A stretch of 64,000 bases of DNA, from the NCBI RefSeq assembly GCF_001447785.1, contig NW_015160305.1, positions 111,258 to 175,257 on the forward strand. The letters run 5' to 3'. Shown here in pieces: positions 36,301 to 49,118 of this stretch. Within the stretch, counting starts at the first letter, position 1, and every line of letters begins with the position of its first letter. The notes beneath the pieces were generated by a model that worked only from the letters and a program-made list of their open reading frames with translations, was not told the DNA's origin and made no database searches. A program made the translations under genes and the position numbers. This DNA is from Gekko japonicus (lineage: Eukaryota).

Positions 36301-37869
36301 ATTCTCCCCAGTGGGAATCGGCTCCCCGGGCTTGGAAGGGCTGTCGGGGGAAGCCGGTTCAGCTTGGAACAAGCAGTGCCTTGTACCTCGTTGTCTCGGG
36401 AGGGTTAGGAAAGGAGCGGAAGGGTGAACGTCTCTTCTTGATGCCCGGCTTAAAAATAATAAAAATAACGAAGCCACGAGCGAGCTTTTGAATTTCCCCA
36501 GAGCTTTTCAATAAGATATTTAGGAAAAACCGAGAGGTGTGTTTGTGGGGGTGTCTTTCAGGATCTGACTGAAGAAGAGGCCCCACACACTGCAGTTTGC
36601 ATTGCAACCGCGTTTAAGATGGAAAACAGGAAGTCAATAGTGTTTAAAGTGTGTATAGATAGTGTATAAAGACATCATGGCTGCGGGGGGGGGGGGGGTC
36701 TTCGCTTTGACGGTCTAAAACCCAGCCATCAATCGGATCCAGCTCTGAACGGGGTACCGTTTCAGGGGTAGGAGGCAGGGAGATCGCACTTAAAGGCCCA
36801 CGGTCTAATATAGCTAAAAATAAGCTTTTTAAAAAAACATAGTATATTGTTAGAGTTGCTGACCTCCAGTTGGTGGCTGGTGATCTCCTGGGATTACAGT
36901 TGATCTCCAAGTGACAGAGATCAGTTCACCTGGAGAAAATGGCTGCTCTGGAAGGTGGACTCTATGGCACTGTACCATGCTGAGGCCCCTCCCCTCCCCA
37001 AATCCTCCCCCCTCCCCAATCTCGGGGTATTTCCTCACTTGGAGCCGGCAACCCTATGTATTGTTAAGGGCATTTCTTAGTGTTATAAGGCTTTAAGAGA
37101 CCACAGAGTTCATTCTCCAGAGCCTCCTTATTCTCCAGGGGAACTGATCTCTGTAGTCTGGAGATGAGCTGTAATTCTGGAAGATCCAGATCCACCTGGA
37201 GGCTGGCATCCTATAAACCATGATAATAATGTGTACTTTAAAGGAAAAGTACAATATGAGCTTTCAGCGAGCTCATTTCACCCTTTCCCACTACCTGCAT
37301 AGGTAAAAAGGTAAAGGTTCCCTTGCTCGAAAGCCAGTCGAGTCTTTCAAAGCTGAAGAGCCAGCGCTGTCCGAAGATGTTTCCATGGTCATGTGGCCAG
37401 CATGACTAAACACCAAGGCGCACGGAACGCTGTGACCTTCCCACCGAAGTGGTACCTATTTATTTACTTGCAATTTCTTGCTTTCAAACTGCTAGGTTGG
37501 CAGGAGCTGGAACTAGAGATGGGAGCTCACTCCATCATGTGGCAACCCAGGTCTCAAACTGCTGAACTACTGACCTTTCACAGCCTGCAGTTTAGCATCT
37601 TAAGCACTTGAGCCACCACATAGGTACATCCAGACTATGTGTATATTCACTTACTAGAAGGAAGTCCATTTGTGCTCAGTCCGGCTTGCTACTGATAGAT
37701 CTTTCTACCTATAGCCAGCTTTTGGGGGGAGGTGGCTTGCTGAGCCCGTGAGCCACATCCCTAGACTCCCATGATGCCCTGTTGTTTAAAGGGTGAGCAT
37801 CTGAATGACAAATACCCATTTTGATTGTTTCAGGCCGGTAGCTATGTTGATCTGCAATAGAAAGAGCAG

Positions 37870-38345
37870 GAATCATAGAGTTGGAAGGGACCTCCAGGGT
37901 CATCTAGTCCAGCCCTCTGCACAATTCAGGAAATTCACAAATACCTCCCCCCCACGCCCCCAGTGACCCTTGTTCCACATCCAGAAGATGACAAAAAATC
38001 CTCCAGGCTCTCCAGCCAAACTGGCCTGGAGAAAAATTGCTTCCTGACCCCAAAGTGGCAATCAGCATTTCCCTGGGGGTGTATGAAAGGGGCCACAAGA
38101 ACTAAGCACTGAGGCAACCCTCCCTGCCCTCCCCTCATGATCTGCAAAAGTTCACAGGATCGGCATTGCTGTCAGATGGTCATCTAGCCTCTGCTTGAAA
38201 ACCTCCAAAAAAAGAGAGCCTGCCACCTCCCGAGGAAGCCTGTTTAACTGAGGAACCCATAACCTTCAGGAACTTCTTTCTAATGTTTAGTCAAAAACTC
38301 TCCTGATTTAATTTCAACCAGTTGGCCTGGGTCTGACCTTCTGGA
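37870..38345 (-). mobile_element. CR1 LINE 3' fragment
   Basis: GAATCATAGAGTTGGAAGGGACC start (reverse CR1 tail) and CR1-like 3' region. Confidence 0.65.
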
Positions 38346-38557
38346 TTTAAGTAGCCCCTTAGAGACCAATGAGATTTTCAGGGTTAGGCGAGTCAGAGAG
38401 CGTTTTGGCTCTCAAAAGCTTGTACTCTGTAAATCTTATTGGTCTCTAAGATTGTACTGGACTCAAACAGCCATTTGCACTGTGTGTTCACCTGCAAAAT
38501 CCAGTGTAATCTTTGAACCTGCCTTATGCGGACTCACACTTTTGGTTCAACTGCCTT

Positions 38558-39079
38558 GGGCTGCGGTCACACGGAACATTAGCCACGCAAGAGAGACGGA
38601 AGACAGGCGGATTTTCCGGGCGCGATCTCACCAGCACATCTGGGAAGCATAGCGCTTCCGTGGCACAACCGAGGCTTCCCGGCGAAAAGGCGCAGCAAAA
38701 AACTAGTACCTCGGAGGTACTAGTTTCTTGAAACCGCGGGGCAAGGGCGGGCGTCTGATCACGTTTCCGGTGGCATCCAGCGCCCGCCCATGTCCCCGTG
38801 CACAAAAGGTCCCCCCCCAAGTCTCTGTGGATGCGCACACGCACCCAACGGAGCATGCGCATTTGTCGTGTACACAAAAAAAGAAAACCAGTTTGCCGCA
38901 CCGCGCGCTTCTTTGTTGCACGCAGGCTTGTCCTGTGATCGGCACCTCTCCCTACCCACAGAACCTCCACAGGACCTCCACAGGAGGTCTGATTGCTTAA
39001 CCGCGCGTTAGTTTGCCCCGGGGCAAACAGCAACGCTTCCCCCCCCCCCGACTTTTCCCTGCCCGTGTGACCGGAGCCC
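38558..39079. mobile_element. Harbinger-like MITE
   Basis: TIR GGGCTGCGGTCACACGG / CCGTGTGACCGGAGCCC; a near-identical terminus occurs at 60720-60736. Confidence 0.75.
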
Positions 39080-39338
39080 CTGTGTTGTTAATATTGGTAA
39101 CAGTTCTTCAGGGTGATGGAGGAGGTTGCCAGGAACTATACCTGGGACCTTCTGCATGCAAAATAGGTGTGTTGCCGTGGAGATACTGCCCTCCCCCCTT
39201 CAATAGTTCTGGGCCATCCTTTATCCTTGCTGACATACAGTGGATCAAATCTAGAGGGCCAAAAAGAGTCAGGACCGGGTCAGGATCCCTGCATGCAAAA
39301 TTTCACCCAGGGGATGAAATTCTTCTCCCTGCCATGAG

Positions 39339-39544
39339 CAGTGTTCCCTCTAAGCTGAGTTAGTGTGAGCTAGCTCACAGTTTTTTAGCCTCCAGCTCAC
39401 ACATTTTTGTCTTAGCTCAGGAAAGATGGCCCCAGAGCAAACTAATTTATGCAGTAGCCAGATTGCTCACTCACAACTATAATGCCAGCAGCTCACAAAG
39501 TAGGATTTTTGCTCACAGGACTCCACACCTTAGAGGGAGCTTTG
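39339..39544 (+). mobile_element. hAT MITE copy 5
   Basis: Same internal sequence and TIRs. Confidence 0.85.
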
Positions 39545-39996
39545 AGTTCTTTCACATCAGGAGGGTATCAAGGAAAAAAAATCAGAGGAGCAATAAAGTG
39601 ATAACCTTTTAAGGACAATGTATGGTGGAACCAGCTTTCAAAACACAGAAAGTCCATCTTCAAAGGGAAAAATTCATTTTGGGGGGGGGAAGTGTGATGG
39701 TGTGACACAAACCCCCTTTATACTGTCAGTTCTGTGACAGTCTGTGTGTCAGGACCTAGTCAGAGTTAGATTTTATTTTTCCTGACCAGTGCTCTACACC
39801 CAATGTATAATATTCTCTTAAGGGTTTGTATATTTCAGGCTGTCTTCTTTGAGGACTACTGCCCAGTATATAGCTCCCCAGAAGGTCAGGCACCAATAGT
39901 TATAACATTCCAAACCGGCACAGTTATTTTATTGTTGCACAGAAAACACAACAGGAGGATGGGATATATATTTACACGGGATGCTCAGATACTTAG

Positions 39997-42906
39997 TTTG
40001 TTTTTGGTAAACATTTTATTTTTAGGATACATTCAACAAAGTTCAACACTTGTATTACAATTCTTATCCCTTTATATCCTACCCTCCTCCCTTCCCCCCC
40101 CCCCATGTATGGCTTCCCACAGTGCTACAACCTCCTGCATAATCCTTAGGTTACTCTTAAGTACTCCTCTTTATCTCTACACATTCAACAGGTAACTTGT
40201 TTTTTCACAATTCTCTATGCTCAATAGTTATCAAAGCAAAATAAATTGTCTCTCACATCCCAATATTTTTCCAAGTATTCTTTTAAGTCTTTCCAGTCTT
40301 CAAAAAAGTCTTCTGCTGCCATATTATTCAGTTTCCTTGTCATCTTATCCATTTCAACCATAAAAAGTAGTTTTTTTGATCCTTTTAATCCATTCTCCAA
40401 TTCCAGGAACTTCCTCCTGTTTCCAACTTTGCGCATATGTCATTCTGGCAGTCACAATCGTATACCACATAAGCGTCCTTTTCGCCACATTGACCTGTTC
40501 CATTTTAAGTCCCAAAAGTAATATTTCTGGTTCCTTTTTAAATGTGCAGTTAACTATTTTTTCCATCTCTGCATGAATCTCAACCCAAAACTTCTTAGCT
40601 TTTCCACATGTCCACCACATATGGTAAAGCGAGCCTTCTACTTTTTTACATTTCCAACATTTACTCGACATATTTGTATTCATATTTGCAATCTTTTTTG
40701 AAGTCATATACCGTCTATACATCATTTTATAACAGTTCTCTTTTAAATTATTACATGTCGATATTTTCAAGGCACTCTTCCATAAATATTCCCAAGATGA
40801 CATAGGAATTTCCTTATTCATATTTATTGCCCATTTTACCATTTGCTCTTTAACTACCTCGTCCTCAGTGTACCATTTTAACAATATTTTGTACATTTTT
40901 GAGATAAGTTTCTAACCTCCCTCCAACCACAAATTCTCTATATCCTTATATTTCCCTCTAAAGCCAAAGGTCTTTTTGTCTTTTTTAAACAAATCATTAA
41001 TTTGTCTATATTGGAACCAACCATATTTAAATGCTAGATCTTCTTCCATTTTCATTTCATATGTCTTTCCCACAGGCTTCAACATGTCTTTATATTATAC
41101 CCAATCTTCTCCTTTATATATCAAAAAAGGCTTTATCACCTCTGTCGGTACAATCCAAAGAGGTCTCTGATCAGAAAAAAACCTTCTGTATTTAATCCAT
41201 GTATCAAAAAGTACTCTCCTGATGTAATGATGCTTAAAAAGACCATCCATTTTCACCTTCTCGTACCATAAATATGCATGCCATCCAAATTTGCAGTCAT
41301 GACCTTCTAATGCCAACAATTTCTTATTGCTTAAAGTGGCCCACTGCTGCAACCAAGTTAAACACACTGCTTCATGGTACAACCTCAAATTTGGCAGCTG
41401 GAATCNNNNNNNNNNNNNNNNNNNNNNNNNNNNNNNNNNNNNNNNNNNNNNNNNNNNNNNNNNNNNNNNNNNNNNNNNNNNNNNNNNNNNNNNNNNNNNN
41501 NNNNNNNNNNNNNNNNNNNNNNNNNNNNNNNNNNNNNNNNNNNNNNNNNNNNNNNNNNNNNNNNNNNNNNNNNNNNNNNNNNNNNNNNNNNNNNNNNNNN
41601 NNNNNNNNNNNNNNNNNNNNNNNNNNNNNNNNNNNNNNNNNNNNNNNNNNNNNNNNNNNNNNNNNNNNNNNNNNNNNNNNNNNNNNNNNNNNNNNNNNNN
41701 NNNNNNNNNNNNNNNNNNNNNNNNNNNNNNNNNNNNNNNNNNNNNNNNNNNNNNNNNNNNNNNNNNNNNNNNNNNNNNNNNNNNNNNNNNNNNNNNNNNN
41801 NNNNNNNNTAGGGCTTATTTTTGGGGTAGGTATTATTATTATTTAGTCTTTTTCACAAGGCCTTCTATTGTCTTGTCTTCCTTAATCTGCTTCAGTAATA
41901 CTTCTAAAATCCATATAAATAATAATGGGGACAAAGGACATCCTTGCCTCGTCCCCTTCTGCACTTTAAAGTATTCCATCACATCTAAATTTATAACCAA
42001 TGCTGCTTTTTGTTCTGTATATATTGCTTCAATTATATTTCGGAATTGCTCTCCTATGTCAATCTTATCCACTACACTATTATACATAAAGTCCCAGTTC
42101 AAATTATCAAAAGCTTTCTCCGCATCTGCAAAAAAGAAACCAATCTCCTTCTCAACATGCTTATCATAATATTCAATTGCATCAATCACTATTCTCATGT
42201 TGTCCTTTATCTGTCTGTTGGGCAAAAAACCTGCTTGCTCTTCTTCTATAACCTCTTTTAAATATATCTTGAGTCTCTTCGAGATAATCTTGGCTAACAA
42301 TTTATAGTCAGTATTCAAAAGGGAAATTGGTCTATAATTTTTCACATTTGTTAAATCCTGAGATTCCTTGGGGATAAGCGAAATCGTGGCCTCTTTCCAT
42401 GATTCTGGTATCTTCTTCGTTTCTCGTATATCATTCATCAAAAGTTCAAAGATTGGGATTAGCTTCTCTTTAGTTTTTTTATAAAATTTTGCTGTGAAGC
42501 TGTCTGGTCCTGGAGCCTTTCCCAACTTTGCTTCCTGAATTGCCATATCTATTTCTTCCTTCTTTATTGGGCCATTCAACATCTTTTTAAATTCTTCCGA
42601 AACTTTTTCCAAATTTATTTTATCCAAATAGGTTATTATCTTATTTTTATCTATTGTTTTTCTTGCAAAAAGATTTGCATAGTATTTTTTAAAAAACTCT
42701 TTTGATTCCGTTCATATCCACAATTTCTTTTCCCCCATCTATTAATTTGTTTATAATTTTATTCTCCCGTCTCTTTTTCAGTTGTCAAGCCAAAAATTTT
42801 CCTGGTTTATTTGCCCCCTCAAACGACTTCTGTTGGAGTCTCTTCAAATTCCAATATATTTCCTGATTTAATAAGGCATTTAATTGCTCCTGTAAAATTT
42901 GAATTT
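39997..42906 (-). mobile_element. 5'-truncated, degenerate L1-clade LINE (ORF2 RT and C-terminus), spanning an assembly gap
   Basis: KAPGPD, NYRPISLLNTDYK, DAEKAFD, GTRQGCPLSPLLF and CWKC..H..W.C motifs; stops and frameshifts; A-rich tail near 40000. Confidence 0.9.
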
Positions 42907-43587
42907 CGGTGTGTAATGGTTCTGCACGGCTGAGACGATCTCTTTGAAGGTGCAGTCTTTGAACGACTTGGGGGAGAGGAGGTACTGGGCCAGCTCCACG
43001 ATGGCGGGTCCGCATGACCCCAGTAGGTAGCCTTTCTTCCTGGCCTCATCCGTCACCTGGTAGAAGACTAATACTTGCTTCAGGCCTGTGATCCAGGCTC
43101 CCCATTGCTGTGGACGGGCTGTATCGAATGGCGGTACTAGCCCTGATCCCGGAGCAACTGCCATTGTGCTGTTCGTTTGCTGAGGGAAGCGGCTTGTTTA
43201 CCCTCGGTGCTCATCGATCGGACGAGCACAGGTCGCTATGCGTTGTCTTCCCCTTCCGAGCCCGATAGCCCGGCTTGCTTGCTCAGTGGAATCCCATCCT
43301 CGTCGCCATTGAAGTGCAGTGGGTTAGACGCATGAAGTAAGCATGGAGACTGATGTAGTGATCAGTATACTTTACTGGTACACAACAAAGACATTAAACA
43401 ATGGCCGGGTGGCCAACTATATACATCCCTGGGGACACACCCCTAGGTCCCATTGGCGGGTTTGAATCTCCTGCCACGGTCCCATTGGTCCCCCAGTGGA
43501 GAGACCAGGATCCTAGTCCCCATTGTTATTTCATCCTCAAGCTCCGAAGTGTGCGCTGGCATCTGGTGGCGGCCAGCGGACACAACA
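42907..43587 (-). mobile_element. Truncated second Gypsy (Mag-like) element: 5' LTR, PBS and start of gag
   Basis: LTR ~43310-43587, PBS complementary to tRNA-Ser (ATCCCATCCTCGTCGCCA 43291-43308), ORF 42880-43164 similar to the Gag N-terminus of the intact element (TDEARKKGYLLGSCG vs TDEAKKRACLLSSCG). Confidence 0.8.
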
Positions 43588-44017
43588 CCCATCCAGCTCA
43601 TTATGGTATTCTCCTGCTGGCAACTACGTTCCGGTGTCTCCAACAGAGAAAGACCTTTCCCAGGGCCCCCTGCCTCTTCCTCTCATCACATATTGCTCTT
43701 CAGTGGGGGGTGTGACAGTCAGGACAAAGAGCCTGGAAGAAGCCAAAGCTCAGTTACCTGAATTTGCTGTTGTAGGCCTGGCCAGCCAAAAGGGGAGATA
43801 CACTTAAATGACTACATTCTCCAATAAGGTTAACTGGGCTCAGGAAAGCATGTTTTTCTAAAATGTATTTTATTGGAATGGCAGCATATAATTTACAAGC
43901 ATGACAAAATATCCCCCCCCCACTTCCATAGTTCTCTCCTCCTCATAGTAAGGCAACCGGCAGGGGGTGGGGGGACTTACGAGGAGCAACAGCAAGGCCC
44001 AGCTTTTGTATCGTGAC

Positions 44018-44225
44018 CAGTGTTCCCTCTAAGCTGATTTAGTGTGAGCTAGCTCACAGTTTTTAGCCTCCAGCTCACAGATTTTTGTCTTAGATCAGGG
44101 AGGATGGCAGTCCAGAGCAAACTAATTTATGCAGGAGCCAAATCGCTCGCTCACAACTTTAATGCCAGTAGCTCACAAAGTAGAATTTTTTGCTCACAAG
44201 ACTCCACAGCTTAGAGGGAGCATTG
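44018..44225 (+). mobile_element. hAT MITE copy 6
   Basis: Same TIRs, TSD ATCGTGAC/ATAGTGAC. Confidence 0.88.
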
Positions 44226-45384
44226 ATAGTGACATGTCTACATCACTGCCTACGTGACCCAGAAGTGACGTCATCACTTCTGGGATGTTGGGATGACACT
44301 CTGGTATCTGGGCAACAATTCTATTGTAAATTTGTCTTGGATGGCAGGTAGAGGAGAGTCCATTGGAGATCCCCTGTGAGTTTGGTGTCTCTAGCACACC
44401 GAAGGGGGGATTATATTGCATCATGAACCTCACAAACTGAACTGGTTTCTTTAGCCCCCTAAACATTCATTATGGTTTGCGGTTCATGAACTGGACACAC
44501 CATGAACCACGAACTGAACTGAACCACATTCTCCTAGTTCATGCACACCCCTAACCATGACTAAGTACCCTTGACCTTAGAAATGAAGCAAGTGAACTGA
44601 TGACCAAAGCCAGGGCCTTTGCAGTGGGGGCACCATCTCTCTGGATAGTTGTTCCCAGGGTGTCTGGCTTTGTTAGTGTTCATCCACACTAGGGGGTGGA
44701 ACTTGTTCCCTCTTTTTGGAGATGAACTAAGTTTAGTCATTTGTTTTGCTCCAATTTGTTTTGCAACTAGGTACAATATACCAGCAAATCACTTTTTGGT
44801 GATACACTAGTTTGGTGTAGTGGTTAAGAGCATGGGCTCTAATCTGGGAGGACCGGGTTTTATTCCGCACTCCTCCACATGGTGTGACCTTGGGTCAGTC
44901 ATAAGTTCCTTAAGAGCTGTTCTCTCAAGGGCAGTTCCTGAGAGAGCTCTCTCAGCCCCACCTACCTCACAGGGTGTCTGCTGTGGGTATGGGAAGGGAA
45001 AAGGATTGTAAACCACTCTGAGACTCCTTTGGGTAGTGAAGGGTGGGGTATAAATCCAATCTCCTCTCACCTCTCCAATCTCCTTATTGTTTTGTCCTTC
45101 CAATAGGCTGTCTTCTAGTAAAATTGTCTTCTGGTAAGCTGCTCTGGATGCAAGGTTCTTTTTGAAAAGTAGGGTATAAATACATTTATGAATAAAAATG
45201 GGGAAGACTTCACCCATCTGTTAAGGATTTGTTTTTCTATCCGAGCAGAATTAAGTAAATTGTCCCTTCCACACACACACAATTGAATGTCAGAGTAAAA
45301 TGTGACGGGAGCATTATACGGAGGAGTTAATAATCGCAATATTTGTAGTTAGTTTTCAGGTCAACTGAATCTTCAAGAAGAGCC

Positions 45385-46061
45385 ATGGGTGGGGGAAGTT
45401 CAACACCAGTCAGCAGTGAACCTGAAGAGAAGTCTGCCAAGGAAGGAGGAATCCTCTCAGGAAAAACCATGCTTGACATTGCCATCACAGGGGTATCAGG
45501 TACTGGCAAATCATCCCTTGTCAATGCCCTGAGGGGCCTATCAGATTTTGATGAAGGTGCAGCTGAAATTGGTGTGAAGGAAACAACAACAGAGCCAACT
45601 GGTTACCCCCACCCCACCTTTCCAGATGTCACAATATGGGACCTACCAGGAATTGGGACACGTAATTTTAAACCCAGGGAATACGCAAAAAAGGTAAATT
45701 TTAGCCAATATGATTTCTTCATAATCGTCACCTCTGTTTGCTTCACTGTCAATGACATCCTGCTATCCCGGGAAATTCAGAAAATGAAGAAGCGGTTCTA
45801 CATTGTGAGGTCCAAAGTGGACTTCCGCATTGAGAATGAAAAACGGCGTCCAGACTTCAGTGAGGAAACAACCCTTCAAAAAGTCAGGAAACATTGTTTT
45901 GATAATTTTGGGGAGGCTGGTATTTCTTCTCCAGAGATTTTCCTCGTCTCCATTTTCTATCTGGAAAAGTACGACTTCCCCCTCCTGCAAAGAAGCTTGG
46001 AGAATGAAATTGAAGACCTCAAGATACGTGCCTTAATAGCAGGAAAGAAGAAATACGCGAG
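45385..46061 (+). CDS. IRG gene 3, coding exon A: myristoylation motif plus G domain only
   Basis: Acceptor TTTTCAG| at 45359, MGGGSS, GVSGTGKSS, WDLPG, RSKVD; phase-2 donor AG|GTATGT at 46061 (unspliced stop at 46080). Confidence 0.9.
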
Positions 46062-46124
46062 GTATGTTGGGTCTAGCTAAGGCACAATAATATTTTCTTG
46101 GTTAATGTGTAATTTGGTTGAGAA

Positions 46125-46610
46125 CCCTGACCTGGATGGCCCAGGCTAGTTCCATCTCATCATATCTCAGAAGCTAAGCAGGGCTGGCCTTGGATGTTTT
46201 CTGCAGTGTCAAGTTTCTCTGCACCTGCTCTTGTATACCTCCGCTGCTTTCCCTCATTTCCGCTGATGTTTTTGCAGTCCCGGGCACAAAAACGCAGTTT
46301 TGTTCCCTGTTTCCCCACAGCATCGGACTTCCCTGTTTCCGGGAGTTCCCATGCTGCGCCGCAAGAGGGTGCAAACTGCATTTTTGCTCCTGGGAGGGAG
46401 AAATCATCTGTGAAAATGAGGGAAAGCCGTGGATGAATAGAAGAGCAGGCAGGGGGAAACTTGACACTGCGGAAAACATCCTGGTTAGTACTTGGATGGG
46501 AGACTACCAAGGAAGTCCAGGGTCGCTACACAGAGGCAGGCAGTGGCAAACTATCTCTGAACATCTCTTGCCTTGAAAACCCTACGGGATCGCTATAAAT
46601 CGGTTGCCAG
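46125..46610 (+). mobile_element. 5S rRNA-derived SINE interrupted by a ~290-bp TIR MITE (46192-46481)
   Basis: 5S-like ATCTCAGAAGCTAAGCAGGG...CCTGGTTAGTACTTGGATGGGAGAC split by an element with 26-bp TIR GGATGTTTTC(T/C)GCAGTGTCAAGTTTC. Confidence 0.7.
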
Positions 46611-47451
46611 TTTCATTGAAAACCCAGTCTAGTTAGCCTTTCTTTCCCCTGCTCAGTACGGCCTTTTGTGCTCCCTCAGTTTGGTGTAGTGGTTAAGTGC
46701 ACGGACTCTAATCTGGGAGAACCGGGTTTGGTTCCCCACTCCTCCACTTGCACCTGCTGATGTGACCTTGGGTCAGTCACAAGCTCTGGCAAAGCTGTCC
46801 TTGAAAAAGGGCAGTTTGTGTCAGAGTTCTCTCAGCCCCACCCACCTCACAGGGTGTCTGTTGTGGGGAGGGGAAGGGAAAGGAGTTTTTAAGCCGCTCT
46901 GAGACTCCAAGTGAAGGGCGGGGTATAAATCCAATCTCTTCTTCTTCTTCTTCAGTGATACTTTGCAGACTGTGTCTCTCTGTCTGCCTCCTGCTTGCAC
47001 ATAAACCCACCCCTGCTCCAGCTACAGAGGAGCAATGCACCCAGTTGGTTATCACTAGCTGTACACCTTAGTAGTGTTGTGTGAAAAGTCGAGCATCATC
47101 ACCCTGTTTGAGCCAATAAGCTGTAGGATGGGAGATCCAGGCAAATCTTGGGGAGCCTGGCAGTTCTTGGAGTCTTATCTCCTTCCAAAGTGAAGGTTTA
47201 GTCTTTAATTTATTGGGCTTTAGAATTCCTGTTCCAAGTAGAAAAAAGGGATCCCGCAAGTAGTCTTGTGAACTTTTGCTTCACTGATGAGGCTCGCGCC
47301 TGAGTCGGGAGGGACAGGCATAACAGAAGGGGAAACCAAGCCAGGCCTTTTGGGCACACAAGAGAGTTGTCCAGGGAAGTAAAATCATGAAATCTCTCCT
47401 CCCCCATTCATGTTTACTGCATTTTTATCTCCAAGAAGTTCGGGTCACTGT

Positions 47452-47691
47452 CAGTATTCCCTCTAAGCTGAGTTAGTGTGAGCTAACTCACAGTTTTTTA
47501 GCCTCCAGCTCACACAATTTTGTCTTAGCTCAGGAAGGATGACGCCAGAGCAAACTGATATATGCAATAGCCAAATCGCTCACTCACAATTTTAATGCCG
47601 GTAGCTCACAAAGCAGAATTTTTGCTCCCAAGTCTCCACAGCTTAGAGCAAGTAGTCTTATGAACTTTTGCTCCACTGGTGAGGCTCACTG
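47452..47691 (+). mobile_element. hAT MITE copy 7, with a foreign 40-bp insert in its right TIR
   Basis: TSD GTCACTGT at 47444-47451 and 47692-47699. Confidence 0.85.
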
Positions 47692-48227
47692 GTCACTGTA
47701 CATGGTTGAGCCCTCTCCCTGCTATTCTGTGAAGGACATTGTAATGTTATCATGTGCTACATTAAGCCAAGAGAGAGTGATTGGCCCATAGTCACTCAGG
47801 TTGAGTCTTGGCTGAGTTGCTACTGTGTGTAGATAGGGAGACATGTTCCTTAGATACCTTTGCATATGGATGTTGTCCGCTTTCCAATTCAAGGCCGAAT
47901 CCACACTAAGCCACTTGATGTAACAGAAGAAACTATTCCTTCCATCACCTCTCATTCCTTTGCTGAAAATGCTATTGGTTTAGGTTCTATACCCAGTTTA
48001 AGGAATGCTCTGGTATGAATGATAAAGGATGTTTTTACAGAGGATGAGGAGGAGAAGGATAATGATGAAATTTATATCCCGCCCTACCCACGAGCTGGCT
48101 CAGGGCGGGTTACAGGCCACATGCTGTGACAACAAAATATCATAAATGACAAAATTAGACATTAAAATTTAAAAATCAGAATAATAAAATAAGAACCTTT
48201 GTAGCGATGCTATATGGTACTTGTGAG

Positions 48228-48435
48228 CAATGCTCCCTCTAAGCTGTGGAGTCCTGTGATGCAAAAATCCAACTTTTGTGAGCTCCTGGCATTAAAGTTG
48301 TGAGTGAGCGATTTCGCTACTGCATAAATGAGTTTGCTCTGGAGCCATCCTTCCCAAGCTAAGACAAAAACGTGCGAGCCAGAGGCTAAAAAACTGTGAG
48401 CTAGCTCACACTAACTCAGCTTAGAGGGAACACTG
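48228..48435 (-). mobile_element. hAT MITE copy 8
   Basis: Same TIRs, imperfect TSD CTTGTGAG/CTCATGAG. Confidence 0.85.
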
Positions 48436-49118
48436 CTCATGAGTGGTGCCGGTGATTTTGGCCACTGGGCACAAAGCCAAAACTGCCGTTAGGGGAGGCC
48501 AGAAGACGGAAGAATGTGAATGCCCACCACCTCAACAGGGTGGTAATCTGGTTGTACTAGCTGGGAAGGAATATTGATTTTATTTATTTGTGAAAACATT
48601 CATATACTGCCTTTGTGAAAACATTCATATACCGCCTTTCCTTAGAGTTCAAGGCAGCTTACAATAATAATTAAATAATAATTAATAATTTACAGCAACT
48701 AATAATTAAAAACATTTGCTTTTTAAGACTAGTAGCCAACCCCAATAATGATACTATGGGTGGAGTGATACCAGGTGTGAAGAAATGCATTTTTTCCTGG
48801 GAGGTTTGAAATGAGCCAAACCTTCACTTTGCATTTGAAAAGCCCCCCCCCTGCAGACAACACACAGGAAGGGGGGGGATTAGAGCCCTTGCTTTCCAGT
48901 CAGCCCACTAATGATAGCTTCTTGACAAATTACTTAGTTTCTCTACTATCTTCCAAGAACAAAGGCCATATTGGCTTTCAAATGATTGGAGGACTGGTTC
49001 TCACAGAGCAAATTCAAGGAGCATACAACAAATAAAGAAAAGCCTATAACCATGAGTGCTGTTACAGTTACAAATGTGGGGTAGGAGTGTCTGAATAAAT
49101 CTTTGTTTTCCTTACTAG

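Noticed and set aside
41274-42169. Long ORFs spanning N runs (also 53075-53510 and 55949-56513)
   Set aside because: Artefacts of assembly gaps
46150-46530. 5S rRNA gene (also 63660-63720 on the minus strand)
   Set aside because: Diverged, interrupted and followed by a SINE body, so it is a 5S-derived repeat
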